A DNA stretch of 64,000 nucleotides from contig JAZDLR010000010.1 of the NCBI GenBank assembly GCA_043801745.1, positions 10,509-74,508 on the forward strand, in the 5' to 3' direction. The notes beneath the pieces were generated by a model. The model was given only the letters and a program-made list of their open reading frames with translations, was not told the DNA's origin and did no database searches. The DNA is from Candidatus Komeilibacteria bacterium (GTDB taxonomy: Bacteria > Patescibacteriota > Patescibacteriia > UBA1558 > 2-01-FULL-52-15). A program made the position numbers and the translations under genes. This document shows, in pieces, positions 1 to 8,335 of this stretch (positions within the stretch are counted from its first letter, which is position 1; the number at the start of each line of letters is the position of its first letter).

Positions 1-24
1 CTTCACGTCGGCCATCTGCTGAAT

Positions 25-1569
25 TTGACTTTTGCAGATCTTGTACGAACTGCCGTCAATGCAGAGGCGTTGTATCTGGAATTAAACGACACCGGCGATC
101 GCATCTTCGGGACAGTGGCCAGATTGGCGGAGGTTCGAGGGGTTGATATCAACAACGCCCACCACTTGATTCTCAATGATCAAGTGGCTTCCATAGAGCT
201 TGAACATGCCTATCGGACGCGACATACCGACGGTGAGCTTTTCGAACAAGCAGCAACCTTAATAGGTAGAGGTTCTGCTGATTTGTTAGCCGCCGTTACA
301 CAGAAGATAGTATCCAGTCTAACTATGCTTGGTCTCGAGGACATACGGCCAATTCAGGATTCTTCATGCGTTTTAAACGTGGAAGATCTTGTGCGTAGTG
401 GACAAATACATGAAGACGGTTGCGGCTTTTCCTTTACCCGTTTCCAGAAAGCGTCCAAGAACGTATTAGTCGTTCTGGAAAAAGGTGGAATCTTGACGGC
501 GACAGCCACACGTGTAGCTTTTGTACTGGAGGCACAAAAGACACGCCCGTCTCAAACCCCAATTTTTGTCGACGGCGACCCCACCATTACTCGTGCCCTA
601 GATTTAGTGGAACTCACGACCTCTATCCGTCCGATTCAGATTGAAGGGGCGGGAATTGGTTTTGGTCTAAAGATCGCCTCTGGTACCAAGGGTGACTCGA
701 TATCGGTAGAAGATCTAGGCCGCTTTTACCGAAAGCGTTTTCCGGAATCCTCTGATGGTGATCTGTTGTCGACAGCTAAGTTTTTCTTGCTCACTCGATT
801 TGCCACTGTTCCGTCTCATCGTAGAAGTCCAGGTACGCTTGCAAAAGCGGCCCCTCTCGGCCTATCCTTTTACGATTATCGCGATACAGACAGTTTTGTA
901 TCGGATTTTCTGAAAGCCAAAGACGAGAAAGTCGAATGGTTTAATCGCATTCGGCGTTGCCTGGACTGTCTAAAAAACGACGAGTCTAAATTGTCACAGA
1001 TCCAGTCTGAGCTGGAAGACATACCGCCGGCATACAAAGCAGCTTGGCTGCGCGCTAAATCGCTTCCGGACATACAGGACATCAAACGACTACTTCCCTC
1101 ACCCTTTGTTCTTCCAGTTATGGGGGTTATGGGAAGAATTCGTGAATGGATCCATAGACGTTCGGAAATTAAGAGCCCATCCGAGATCGACAGTGCCATT
1201 TTAGACGAATATCTGAGTGGCTCTAGAACACTGGGAGATCTCGCTCGAGGTCTAAAAGCCCGGGGAATAATACGGGTTGCCATTCCTGGAGATTCCGAAC
1301 AAGAAGTCGACTTTCTATTCCTCGATAACCTAGCTCAACGTGGTTACAGTTTGGACGAGATCAGGAGGCTAGCTCCGCATTACTTGTCGGGTTCCCAGTC
1401 CCTGGTCAGAAAAAACTGCTACTACTTTGACGTACTGAACGGCATTCTGGAACTTCTAGATGCTGTTCAGCACCCGCAGAGGCAATATCGGCAGACTCTG
1501 TTAGAGGCAATTCATCTTTGTCTCAACAGATTAGGTATTGCGAAGGAGGTGTTAAATGGGGTGGACTGA
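25..1569 (+). CDS. Hypothetical protein, 514 aa in the ORF track. Probably 5'-partial: the reading frame is open back to nt 1.
   Basis: Long ORF with no stop between nt 1 and 25 in frame. No motif I can assign. Overlaps the next gene by 14 nt (1556-1569), which suggests an operon. Confidence 0.5.
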   Translation: MTFADLVRTAVNAEALYLELNDTGDRIFGTVARLAEVRGVDINNAHHLILNDQVASIELEHAYRTRHTDGELFEQAATLIGRGSADLLAAVTQKIVSSLTMLGLEDIRPIQDSSCVLNVEDLVRSGQIHEDGCGFSFTRFQKASKNVLVVLEKGGILTATATRVAFVLEAQKTRPSQTPIFVDGDPTITRALDLVELTTSIRPIQIEGAGIGFGLKIASGTKGDSISVEDLGRFYRKRFPESSDGDLLSTAKFFLLTRFATVPSHRRSPGTLAKAAPLGLSFYDYRDTDSFVSDFLKAKDEKVEWFNRIRRCLDCLKNDESKLSQIQSELEDIPPAYKAAWLRAKSLPDIQDIKRLLPSPFVLPVMGVMGRIREWIHRRSEIKSPSEIDSAILDEYLSGSRTLGDLARGLKARGIIRVAIPGDSEQEVDFLFLDNLAQRGYSLDEIRRLAPHYLSGSQSLVRKNCYYFDVLNGILELLDAVQHPQRQYRQTLLEAIHLCLNRLGIAKEVLNGVD

Positions 1570-2689
1570 TTCACCTCAATTGCTGTATCCGCGTCGTGTG
1601 GTTCTCTGGGGCCGGGAGTTTCCCGCCCCAGAGAATTTTCCTCTAGGCGGTTTAAGTCAGGTATCCTATCAGCAAGGCGGAGAGATAATACAAATCGGAT
1701 TAGCCGCTAGGAAGCGTCTTCCGAACTATCTTTTCCGGATTGTAAGTAGATGGGTTTCTCCCCAGGCTTCGATAAGAGTAGACCTTAACGCAAGGTCGTT
1801 AGATCACGGAAACTTGATTAGCAGAAGACTGGGAATGATAAGGGGGTGGAGCTTAGGCGTTCCAAGAGCTCATCCTAAGATCCTAACTCTGACCGAAGAT
1901 GGCAGGCAGTTCCCCGTGCATAGGATTCAACGGGTTCATGGAACAAATTTATCCACCTGTTTCCTGCTTCCCATGAGTCCAGAGCAGCTTAATAGTTGCT
2001 CTGATTTGTACGAAGGGCTACTTGCTTTCATTGCTCAGTATCATGGTGATGTTCGAGTCGATATAGGACAAGAAACGCTTAGAACTTATTACAAGAGAAG
2101 GCTCCATGATCTTTCTCAGGCCATGACTCATATCGCAATCCGAAAGGAGGAGTACAAAGATAAGCTTAAGCCGTTCATTTTGTTGGCGCAGATTTTAGCC
2201 AGGGATCTGAACGAGGGTATAGAGCCGGACGAACTCATGCTTCCAGTGCATGGAGATTTTCGTCCAAATAATATCCTTGTCGATTTCGATCAGCGCCAAG
2301 CTTGGATTATTGATTTCGAGCAAGGTTTATTGGGGGGCGATTGGTTTGTTGACTTGTGGAAGATGGGTCTTTTCTCTTCTACGCCAGCAAAGATGGCACC
2401 GATGCTCACGCATCGTCTTCAGCAGAAGCTGCTGGAGGTATATAGTCAGTCGAGAAGAACGTTCCTATCTCGAGTCACCATAGGATTACCGCTCTCGGAA
2501 AATCCTATACTCAGATACAGAACTAATCTTGCCCGATTCGATCTATTGGTGTCGTTCTTCGTCCTTCGCTATCTTATGGGCTGGCATTTTGAAGAAAAAA
2601 AAGATCCGCGCGGGATCATTCTGCGCGGTGATCGCTTCATTCTAAATCTGCTTACGCCCATGGCTACGGGCATAAAGCGCCCAACATAA
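1556..2689 (+). CDS. APH/choline-kinase-fold phosphotransferase (protein-kinase-like fold)
   Basis: Catalytic loop HGDFRPNNILVD followed by IIDFEQG. This is the HGDxxxxN plus D-F/x-E/G metal-binding pattern of the aminoglycoside/choline/homoserine-kinase family. Confidence 0.6.
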   Translation: MGWTDSPQLLYPRRVVLWGREFPAPENFPLGGLSQVSYQQGGEIIQIGLAARKRLPNYLFRIVSRWVSPQASIRVDLNARSLDHGNLISRRLGMIRGWSLGVPRAHPKILTLTEDGRQFPVHRIQRVHGTNLSTCFLLPMSPEQLNSCSDLYEGLLAFIAQYHGDVRVDIGQETLRTYYKRRLHDLSQAMTHIAIRKEEYKDKLKPFILLAQILARDLNEGIEPDELMLPVHGDFRPNNILVDFDQRQAWIIDFEQGLLGGDWFVDLWKMGLFSSTPAKMAPMLTHRLQQKLLEVYSQSRRTFLSRVTIGLPLSENPILRYRTNLARFDLLVSFFVLRYLMGWHFEEKKDPRGIILRGDRFILNLLTPMATGIKRPT

Positions 2690-2712
2690 CAGTTGGGCGC
2701 TTTTCTATTTTA
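2674..2712. terminator. Bidirectional rho-independent terminator between convergent genes
   Basis: Hairpin aagcgcccaac-ataacag-ttgggcgctt followed by a T-run (ttttctatttt). It overlaps the kinase stop codon. Confidence 0.5.
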
Positions 2713-3148
2713 ATCCCTTCCTAATTTTTTTTATGTTGAGATCCATTTGTCTGGGCGTAACCGTCATCAGGGCCTTATATAGTTTTCGGTTGTTTAATAT
2801 TTTAAAGGGATTTGTCTGTTCATTGGCAGAACGCGGGACAATATGAAAGTGAACATGAGGTATGCTTTGACCAGCTTCTTTCCCAATGTTAGTGAACAAA
2901 TTAAAACTATCGGTCTTATAAACTTTAGTAAGACTTTTTTCGATTTTCTTCATCAATTTAAATAAACCGACTAAATCCGAATCAGTCATCTCTAGAACGC
3001 TTCTTCTGTGCACCTTAGGAAAAACAATAGTGTGCCCCGGAGACAAAGGTCGACGTGGATGGATTGCGATGGCGTAAGGAGTTTCCAGGATTATCTGTGT
3101 GCGGAATGAAGCTGACGCCGCAGGACAGAATTGACAGTTATTCTTCAT
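2705..3148 (-). CDS. HIT (histidine triad) family nucleotide hydrolase/transferase
   Basis: Histidine triad HVHFHIVPR near the C-terminus. Size (147 aa) and N-terminal Cys pair (CQFC) are typical of HINT-like proteins. Confidence 0.75.
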   Translation of the reverse strand: MKNNCQFCPAASASFRTQIILETPYAIAIHPRRPLSPGHTIVFPKVHRRSVLEMTDSDLVGLFKLMKKIEKSLTKVYKTDSFNLFTNIGKEAGQSIPHVHFHIVPRSANEQTNPFKILNNRKLYKALMTVTPRQMDLNIKKIRKGLK

Positions 3149-3209
3149 TATTGTATGTTAATACATTGAATTATAACATCTATAATTCAATCTGTGAACG
3201 TACCTTTAC

Positions 3210-4043
3210 ATGACGATTTACTCCGAGTCAGAAAGGAGAAAGCTAATGCCCCCCCGGACTATAAAGATGCTGAAATTCAAGGGAATAGTGGGGCAAGAAC
3301 TGCGGCCCAACTATTTCTACCAAGCCTTTGGTAGGTCGGTTACTAATAACCGCATTCTCTCCTTTGGATCCTGTAACTTTTCCTGTCCCTACTGCAAACG
3401 ACTAGATACTTTTCGCCAAGAAGATGGGTCGGTGATCGACGCAGTGCCAGTAACGATGCAGGATATCTTCACCCTCTGTGATGACGCCGTCTCCAAGGGA
3501 CAAGTTGTTAGGCTGAGCGGTGGTGATCCTGTGATGTTTCCAAGCGAATCCATCGAGATTGGGAAATACGTCAGAAAAATCGGCGGTCGGATGTCGATGG
3601 CTCACAATGGATCCTCTCCGAGCTTCGCCTCTCGCGTTGCCCCATACCTTGAGGCTGCTGCGATTGATCTCAAGGCAACAAAGGAGGGAATGTCCACCAT
3701 CATCGGTTTTACTGAGGGCAGAGGACAAGTGATGTTCGATCGCAGTATCGATACACAAAATGTGTTGGCTGCGGCAAATGTCCTGGTGGACGTTCGTACT
3801 CCTGTGTTCGGGTGGACTACTCTGGATGACCTACTTCAAATTGCAGAATCCATTGTGAGACAACCGCACCCAGAAATGAAGTTCTGGACTCTGCGTCTTT
3901 ACAAAAGGGTCAGCTGGTGTGACTTCGAACCACCCATCCAAGAAAATGTTATATGGATGGCGAACGAGGTAAAACACAAGTTCCCCGTACTGCCCATGGG
4001 AATACGAGCCAAGTGGGAGCCCCGCGGCTTCCTCTTTCTGTAG
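3210..4043 (+). CDS. Radical SAM enzyme, small (277 aa), unknown substrate
   Basis: CNFSCPYC (CxxxCxxC) cluster-binding motif at about residue 55. LSGGDP (GGE/DP SAM-binding motif) is present. Confidence 0.75.
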   Translation: MTIYSESERRKLMPPRTIKMLKFKGIVGQELRPNYFYQAFGRSVTNNRILSFGSCNFSCPYCKRLDTFRQEDGSVIDAVPVTMQDIFTLCDDAVSKGQVVRLSGGDPVMFPSESIEIGKYVRKIGGRMSMAHNGSSPSFASRVAPYLEAAAIDLKATKEGMSTIIGFTEGRGQVMFDRSIDTQNVLAAANVLVDVRTPVFGWTTLDDLLQIAESIVRQPHPEMKFWTLRLYKRVSWCDFEPPIQENVIWMANEVKHKFPVLPMGIRAKWEPRGFLFL

Positions 4044-4049
4044 GCGTCT

Positions 4050-4649
4050 ATGCGCATCATAGCAGTAAGACACGGCGAATCTGTCGCCGGAGTACGGAGA
4101 ATAGTTCTCGGGCATAATGACGCCCCTCTCACTGAGAGAGGGAAGGCACAAATGTCTGAGGTGTCGAGGCGACTTAAATGCTTTACCCCTGCTGTTATTA
4201 TCTCGAGCGATCTCTTGCGTGCCGTTCAATCCGCACAGATTATCTCTCGAGAGATATCAGTATCACACGCACTTAGTCTAACTGAATTTAGAGAACGTCA
4301 TTATGGTGTTCTGCAGGGCATGACGGTCTCTGACTTGCGTCTCGCGCATCCAGTTGTCTTTTCTGATGACGATACTCTGCTTGTGGACAGGATACCAGGA
4401 GCGGAATTGGAGACGGATTTTGCAGCTCGTGTAGTAGCAGGACTAAAACTGCTTATAAACGAGTACGCGAATCAGCGGGTTATCCTAGTCATCCATGGCG
4501 GCGTAATTCGTCTACTGTATGCCCTGTCTCTTCATCTGTCTTTTGACTCAGTCTATTTTCGCATCGATCCAGTCTTGAATGGATCAGTGCACTGTTTCCG
4601 AGTAGATTCTACAGATATGAATCATCTAGAAATAGAGAGGGAGGAATAA
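4050..4649 (+). CDS. Histidine phosphatase superfamily protein (phosphoglycerate-mutase-like / CobC-like phosphatase)
   Basis: N-terminal IIAVRHGES (RHG catalytic motif). Size 199 aa. Starts 7 nt after the radical-SAM stop, so the two look co-transcribed. Confidence 0.7.
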   Translation: MRIIAVRHGESVAGVRRIVLGHNDAPLTERGKAQMSEVSRRLKCFTPAVIISSDLLRAVQSAQIISREISVSHALSLTEFRERHYGVLQGMTVSDLRLAHPVVFSDDDTLLVDRIPGAELETDFAARVVAGLKLLINEYANQRVILVIHGGVIRLLYALSLHLSFDSVYFRIDPVLNGSVHCFRVDSTDMNHLEIEREE

Positions 4650-4873
4650 TGGTCAAAGTAGAACATGGCCCTGCCGGGCTCAATAACAGAGAGGGGCTGA
4701 GGTGTGTTGATACAATCCATATTCATACACCCTCAGTTCAGACCGACGCTGGAAATCGGTCAGTTGCCGACAAGCGTGCAGCCGAATTGGCTCAGGAAAG
4801 ACACGGAACGGATGTTCAGATTCTGATAGTAAGTGATTTCTGCTATCAGAATGTGTACATCGTTCTCAAATAA
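4649..4873 (+). CDS. Small hypothetical protein (74 aa). Its ATG overlaps the stop of the phosphatase.
   Basis: ORF only. Followed by a terminator hairpin. Confidence 0.25.
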   Translation: MVKVEHGPAGLNNREGLRCVDTIHIHTPSVQTDAGNRSVADKRAAELAQERHGTDVQILIVSDFCYQNVYIVLK

Positions 4874-4888
4874 TCTCTCAAAAACAAT

Positions 4889-4920
4889 GACCCCGACAGT
4901 GTAAACTGTCGGGGTCTTTC
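4889..4920. terminator. Bidirectional rho-independent terminator
   Basis: Hairpin gaccccgacag-tgtaaa-ctgtcggggtc followed by tttc. It sits between convergent ORFs. Confidence 0.5.
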
Positions 4921-4925
4921 GCAAC

Positions 4926-6224
4926 CTAGGAAATTTCGGTCGCGAGATAAACATTTTGACGCTCAGAGAAGAGGCGGATAGGACGATCAATGACCACAGA
5001 TTCCATCCCTTTCGGACGGAAATAGTCGAGAAGCAACTTAACATTGTCAGGGCTGGTAATCACCAGTCGACTCTCCTGGGTACCCTCGAGATCCAGCAGT
5101 GCATTCGCCAAACGGGTCTTGCGATCACTGTCAGGTTCAGGCTCCTCCAAAACATGTCGGAAGCTGAAATCCGGATTCCCCTGATCACGTGACGCGAGGA
5201 TGATCTCGTGATTCACGTGACGAGACTTTGAGTCTGTATTGAGACCAAGACTCTTGGCAAGGCGTAGTGCCTCCGTATTTTCTAGATACTGTGCCTTTAT
5301 GTCGCGGAAGGATAAACCAGTTAGTCTCGGACCCATCAGAACATGATCTAGTGCCTTGGTAAGGGTAACGCCCTGATTTCGCCTGTCGGTCGTTACGACT
5401 CGTCCAGAATAGCGTTTCACCTCCTTCATCATTTCGATCGAGGAGGCCTCTGTCGAGCAGAAAATGTGCAGAGGAGAGTCGGACATTGCTAGTCCTACAG
5501 CCGTTGCCATATTCCTGTCGTGTTCAGTCATTGAGCCGTTTCCATTTGTTACTGCCGTATTCTGCAGTAAAACGATGGGCGTGCGATTCAGATGAAGACA
5601 CGAGACAAACTGCTCGATCAACAGAAGGACATCGGCATCAGATTTCTGCGAAACCCTCTCATAACTGCTAAGACTTCTGTATAGCAGGCTTACATGAGGC
5701 AGTAGTTCACTCTCACTGATACGGACATAGAGCTCCACTTCCCTTCTGTGAACCTGTTGTATCGCTTTTAGTACAGCATCTCTTCGAACCCGTTCCTCAT
5801 CGTACTCAAAGTAGGAGTCCACCACAGGAATGACGTTGGACCATTCCGACGAGGGCCAGGTAATCTCGAAGAATAAGACGGGGACATTCTGTTCTTGACA
5901 AGCGTTGCGGATGATCCTCCGAATTTGTGTCGACTGACATGTCTCGTCGAAGATGGCGACGCCTTCCTCGATAGAACGGAGCCATAACAGAATTTCCTTC
6001 AACTTTGACTCAACGTGTCCGACTGAACTCAGGAGTGCTGCCCTCTCAGTTGTCACTGCAGATTTGTAGAAGTCCCTAAGGGGAATGAGAGGGGGGTAAG
6101 TAGAATACAGTTTGACATTCGGATTCCCTAGCCACTTGAGGAAGTTTTCGAGCTTCAGAGCCGCCAGGGTTCGCCCAAATGTGGCAAACCCCGTTGTGAC
6201 GATAAGAGCTTTTCTGCCTGACAC
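4926..6224 (-). CDS. Hypothetical protein (432 aa)
   Basis: Long ORF with the same codon style as the rest of the 1-6.3 kb block. No confident motif. A degenerate P-loop-like TTGFATFGRT sits at the N-terminus. Confidence 0.5.
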   Translation of the reverse strand: MSGRKALIVTTGFATFGRTLAALKLENFLKWLGNPNVKLYSTYPPLIPLRDFYKSAVTTERAALLSSVGHVESKLKEILLWLRSIEEGVAIFDETCQSTQIRRIIRNACQEQNVPVLFFEITWPSSEWSNVIPVVDSYFEYDEERVRRDAVLKAIQQVHRREVELYVRISESELLPHVSLLYRSLSSYERVSQKSDADVLLLIEQFVSCLHLNRTPIVLLQNTAVTNGNGSMTEHDRNMATAVGLAMSDSPLHIFCSTEASSIEMMKEVKRYSGRVVTTDRRNQGVTLTKALDHVLMGPRLTGLSFRDIKAQYLENTEALRLAKSLGLNTDSKSRHVNHEIILASRDQGNPDFSFRHVLEEPEPDSDRKTRLANALLDLEGTQESRLVITSPDNVKLLLDYFRPKGMESVVIDRPIRLFSERQNVYLATEIS

Positions 6225-6429
6225 GGCTTTTCTCCTTTCTTCTGCAAGAAAGCTGTTTAGGAGGTCAATCCTCCAAATATCCAGATAGTATATGAAATGA
6301 ACTCTGAGTGACCGTACACTATATAAACATTATGTTTATTTGTCAAATATTCTATTTTACCTACACCGACTGATGTAGCGACCTATTATTGTAACTTCGG
6401 TATTGGCAAAATCCGTCGTTCTTGGCTAA

Positions 6430-6545
6430 AATAGGTTATAATACCGTCTATTAGGCGCCGCCACCCTGCGCTCGCAGAGCGAGCTTCGGGTGGCCTCTGG
6501 CCACACGAAGAGGCGAAGCCTCAAGCAGGGTAGTCACCCGTAGCC
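6430..6545 (+). other. GC-rich structured element of unknown function (candidate small RNA or cis-regulatory structure)
   Basis: About 115-nt GC-rich segment with nested complementary arms (ccaccc...gggtgg enclosing gctcgc-aga-gcgagc; gggtagtcaccc). It is embedded in an AT-rich intergenic region and ends at the GIY-YIG start codon. Confidence 0.25.
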
Positions 6546-6821
6546 TTGGCGAAGAGTGACATGACAGAGCCCAAAAAAGCGATTATGTACTATGTTTATC
6601 TTTTAAAATTGAATAACGGTAAAATTTATTCTGGATGTACAGATGATCTATACACGAGAATTCAAAAACACCAACAGGGAAAGGTAATTTCTACTCGCGA
6701 CTTACGACCTTTGAAATTAATTTGGTATTGTTATTTTCCGTCCAGAGTTCAAGCTAGAAGATTTGAAAAGTACCTTAAAACTGGGTCTGGACAGGCATTT
6801 AGGAATAAACATTTAGTTTAA
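6546..6821 (+). CDS. GIY-YIG nuclease superfamily protein (YhbQ/UPF0213-like, 91 aa)
   Basis: YYVYLLKLNNGKIYSGCTDDLYTRIQKHQQG matches the GIY-YIG core (GIY...YIG...R...E...N) of small stand-alone nucleases. Confidence 0.7.
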   Translation: MAKSDMTEPKKAIMYYVYLLKLNNGKIYSGCTDDLYTRIQKHQQGKVISTRDLRPLKLIWYCYFPSRVQARRFEKYLKTGSGQAFRNKHLV

Positions 6822-6893
6822 AAGTATCGGAGTGACCCGTGCAGGTCATTTACGCAGATTCGCCGAGAGACATTTTTTTGATATACTAATTTA

Positions 6894-7508
6894 ATGAGCG
6901 TATACCTAGAATTATATATAGTATTAGCATATATTATTTCGCTAGGGCTAAAGTACTACCTAAAAAGAGACTGGCCGTGGGGGTTAGTTTTTTTTGCTCC
7001 AATTGCCTTTCCACTGATACCCTTGGCATTAGTCAGTCAGATTTTATTGCATCAGACTATTGATACTATTATAAATATACATACCTATACGACTACTTTA
7101 GTATTCTTCTTGCTTTCTCAGTTGATTTACATTATCCCGTCAACGCCTGTTCTTTTGAAAAGTTTTTTTGGCAAAAATCTTCTGGCTATTAATTCGCCCC
7201 TGTATTGGAGTCATACTTGGCAGATAGTTATCGTAGTCCTTGCTGTCAGTGGCACTATTGCCATGCGCTATATAAAACAACCTAAAAAGACTTTAGAAAA
7301 GAGAATGTCAGCACGCTTTCTCGCCAATATATTTCCAATCTTTTATCTGTTGGTCTTAGTTGGATTGTTTGATTTATTATTTTCACAGATTATAATTTCT
7401 TGGGGCGCACTCCTCGCTATTATTATAAGCTTTTTCAGCGGTGGCTTGATTGAGCAGTGGAATAAAGCTGGCAAACCATTTTCATTTTTTGCTACATTTA
7501 AAAAATAG
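6894..7508 (+). CDS. Polytopic integral membrane protein, unknown function
   Basis: 204 aa, at least five hydrophobic segments, no motif. Confidence 0.5.
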   Translation: MSVYLELYIVLAYIISLGLKYYLKRDWPWGLVFFAPIAFPLIPLALVSQILLHQTIDTIINIHTYTTTLVFFLLSQLIYIIPSTPVLLKSFFGKNLLAINSPLYWSHTWQIVIVVLAVSGTIAMRYIKQPKKTLEKRMSARFLANIFPIFYLLVLVGLFDLLFSQIIISWGALLAIIISFFSGGLIEQWNKAGKPFSFFATFKK

Positions 7509-7542
7509 TGATTATCGAGTAACCCGTCTGTCGTCCGACGCT

Positions 7543-8334
7543 TCAATGAGAGGCAATGTGCGTCTTTTTTTGTTTGGCTATAAAAATAATAATACCAATT
7601 ATAATCATTCCCAGACTCAAGCCTTGCGACAGCTTCAACCCAGAGAACATTATCTGCGGATCAATCCGGACAAAATCCATCAGGAAACGCACCAAACCGT
7701 AGGCAATTAAATAGGCGGCGAAAGTTTGGCCGGTCTTGGCTTTCTTCAGCAACCAAATAAGGAATAAAGCCACAACCAACATGGCCAATGATTCATAGAG
7801 AAAAGCCGGATGAAAAAGGGAAAGCGATTTATAATTTTTAATTCTAAATTCTTCATTAATATAGATCCCCCACCACCCGGCTGTCGGCCAGCCATAAAGC
7901 TCCTGATTAAAATAATTGCCCCAGCGGCCAATGGCTTGCGCTAAAGCCACCGCCGGAGCGGCCACATCAAGCAAAGGCCAGATATTTATTTTCTTCAGCC
8001 GGCAATAAATGATTAAAGCCAGAGCGCCAAATAATAAACCACCTTGAATAGCAATGCCCCCATTCCAGATAGCCGAAATTTCCCCCAAATGATCTTGGTA
8101 ATAAGACCATTCGAAAACGAAGACGTGAAACAAACGCGCGCCGACCAGTCCAGAGACGACTACCCAAATAATCAGATCATCAATAACTGTCGGGCTGCCA
8201 ACTTTCGTATAGAGTCGGCGCGCCAAAAAATATGCACTAACAATGCCCAGGGTAACTAAAACGCCGTACCAGCGAAGCTGAACGGCGCCTAAATTGAGAG
8301 CAACTGCGTTTGGGGCATATTCCTGCCACCACAT
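7543..8334 (-). CDS. lgt: Prolipoprotein diacylglyceryl transferase
   Basis: Lgt signature GRWGNYFNQELYG and a multi-span membrane protein. About 263 aa. Confidence 0.85.
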   Translation of the reverse strand: MWWQEYAPNAVALNLGAVQLRWYGVLVTLGIVSAYFLARRLYTKVGSPTVIDDLIIWVVVSGLVGARLFHVFVFEWSYYQDHLGEISAIWNGGIAIQGGLLFGALALIIYCRLKKINIWPLLDVAAPAVALAQAIGRWGNYFNQELYGWPTAGWWGIYINEEFRIKNYKSLSLFHPAFLYESLAMLVVALFLIWLLKKAKTGQTFAAYLIAYGLVRFLMDFVRIDPQIMFSGLKLSQGLSLGMIIIGIIIFIAKQKKTHIASH

Positions 8335-8335
8335 A

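Noticed and set aside
420-5192. Short ORFs overlapping longer genes on either strand in block 1 (420-644, 876-1283, 2250-2483, 3402-3758, 3831-4229, 3899-4132, 4760-5044, 4956-5192, 5486-5671)
   Set aside because: All lie entirely within longer, motif-supported genes, have no start context and are typical six-frame noise.
6330-6420. Hammerhead-ribozyme-like CUGAUG in ccgactgatgtagcgacc
   Set aside because: Only the first half of the CUGAUGA box is present. There is no GAAA/helix II partner and no flanking pairing. Judged coincidental.
6430-6545. Possible tRNA or tmRNA in the GC-rich element
   Set aside because: No T-loop (GTTCRANYC), no 7-bp acceptor pairing with a 3' discriminator/CCA, and no cloverleaf could be drawn. 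Retained only as an unclassified structured element.
7537-7571. Weak hairpin plus T8 run after the 6894-7508 membrane-protein gene
   Set aside because: It lies inside the 3' end of the convergent lgt coding region. The stem is only 5 bp. Not reported as a terminator.
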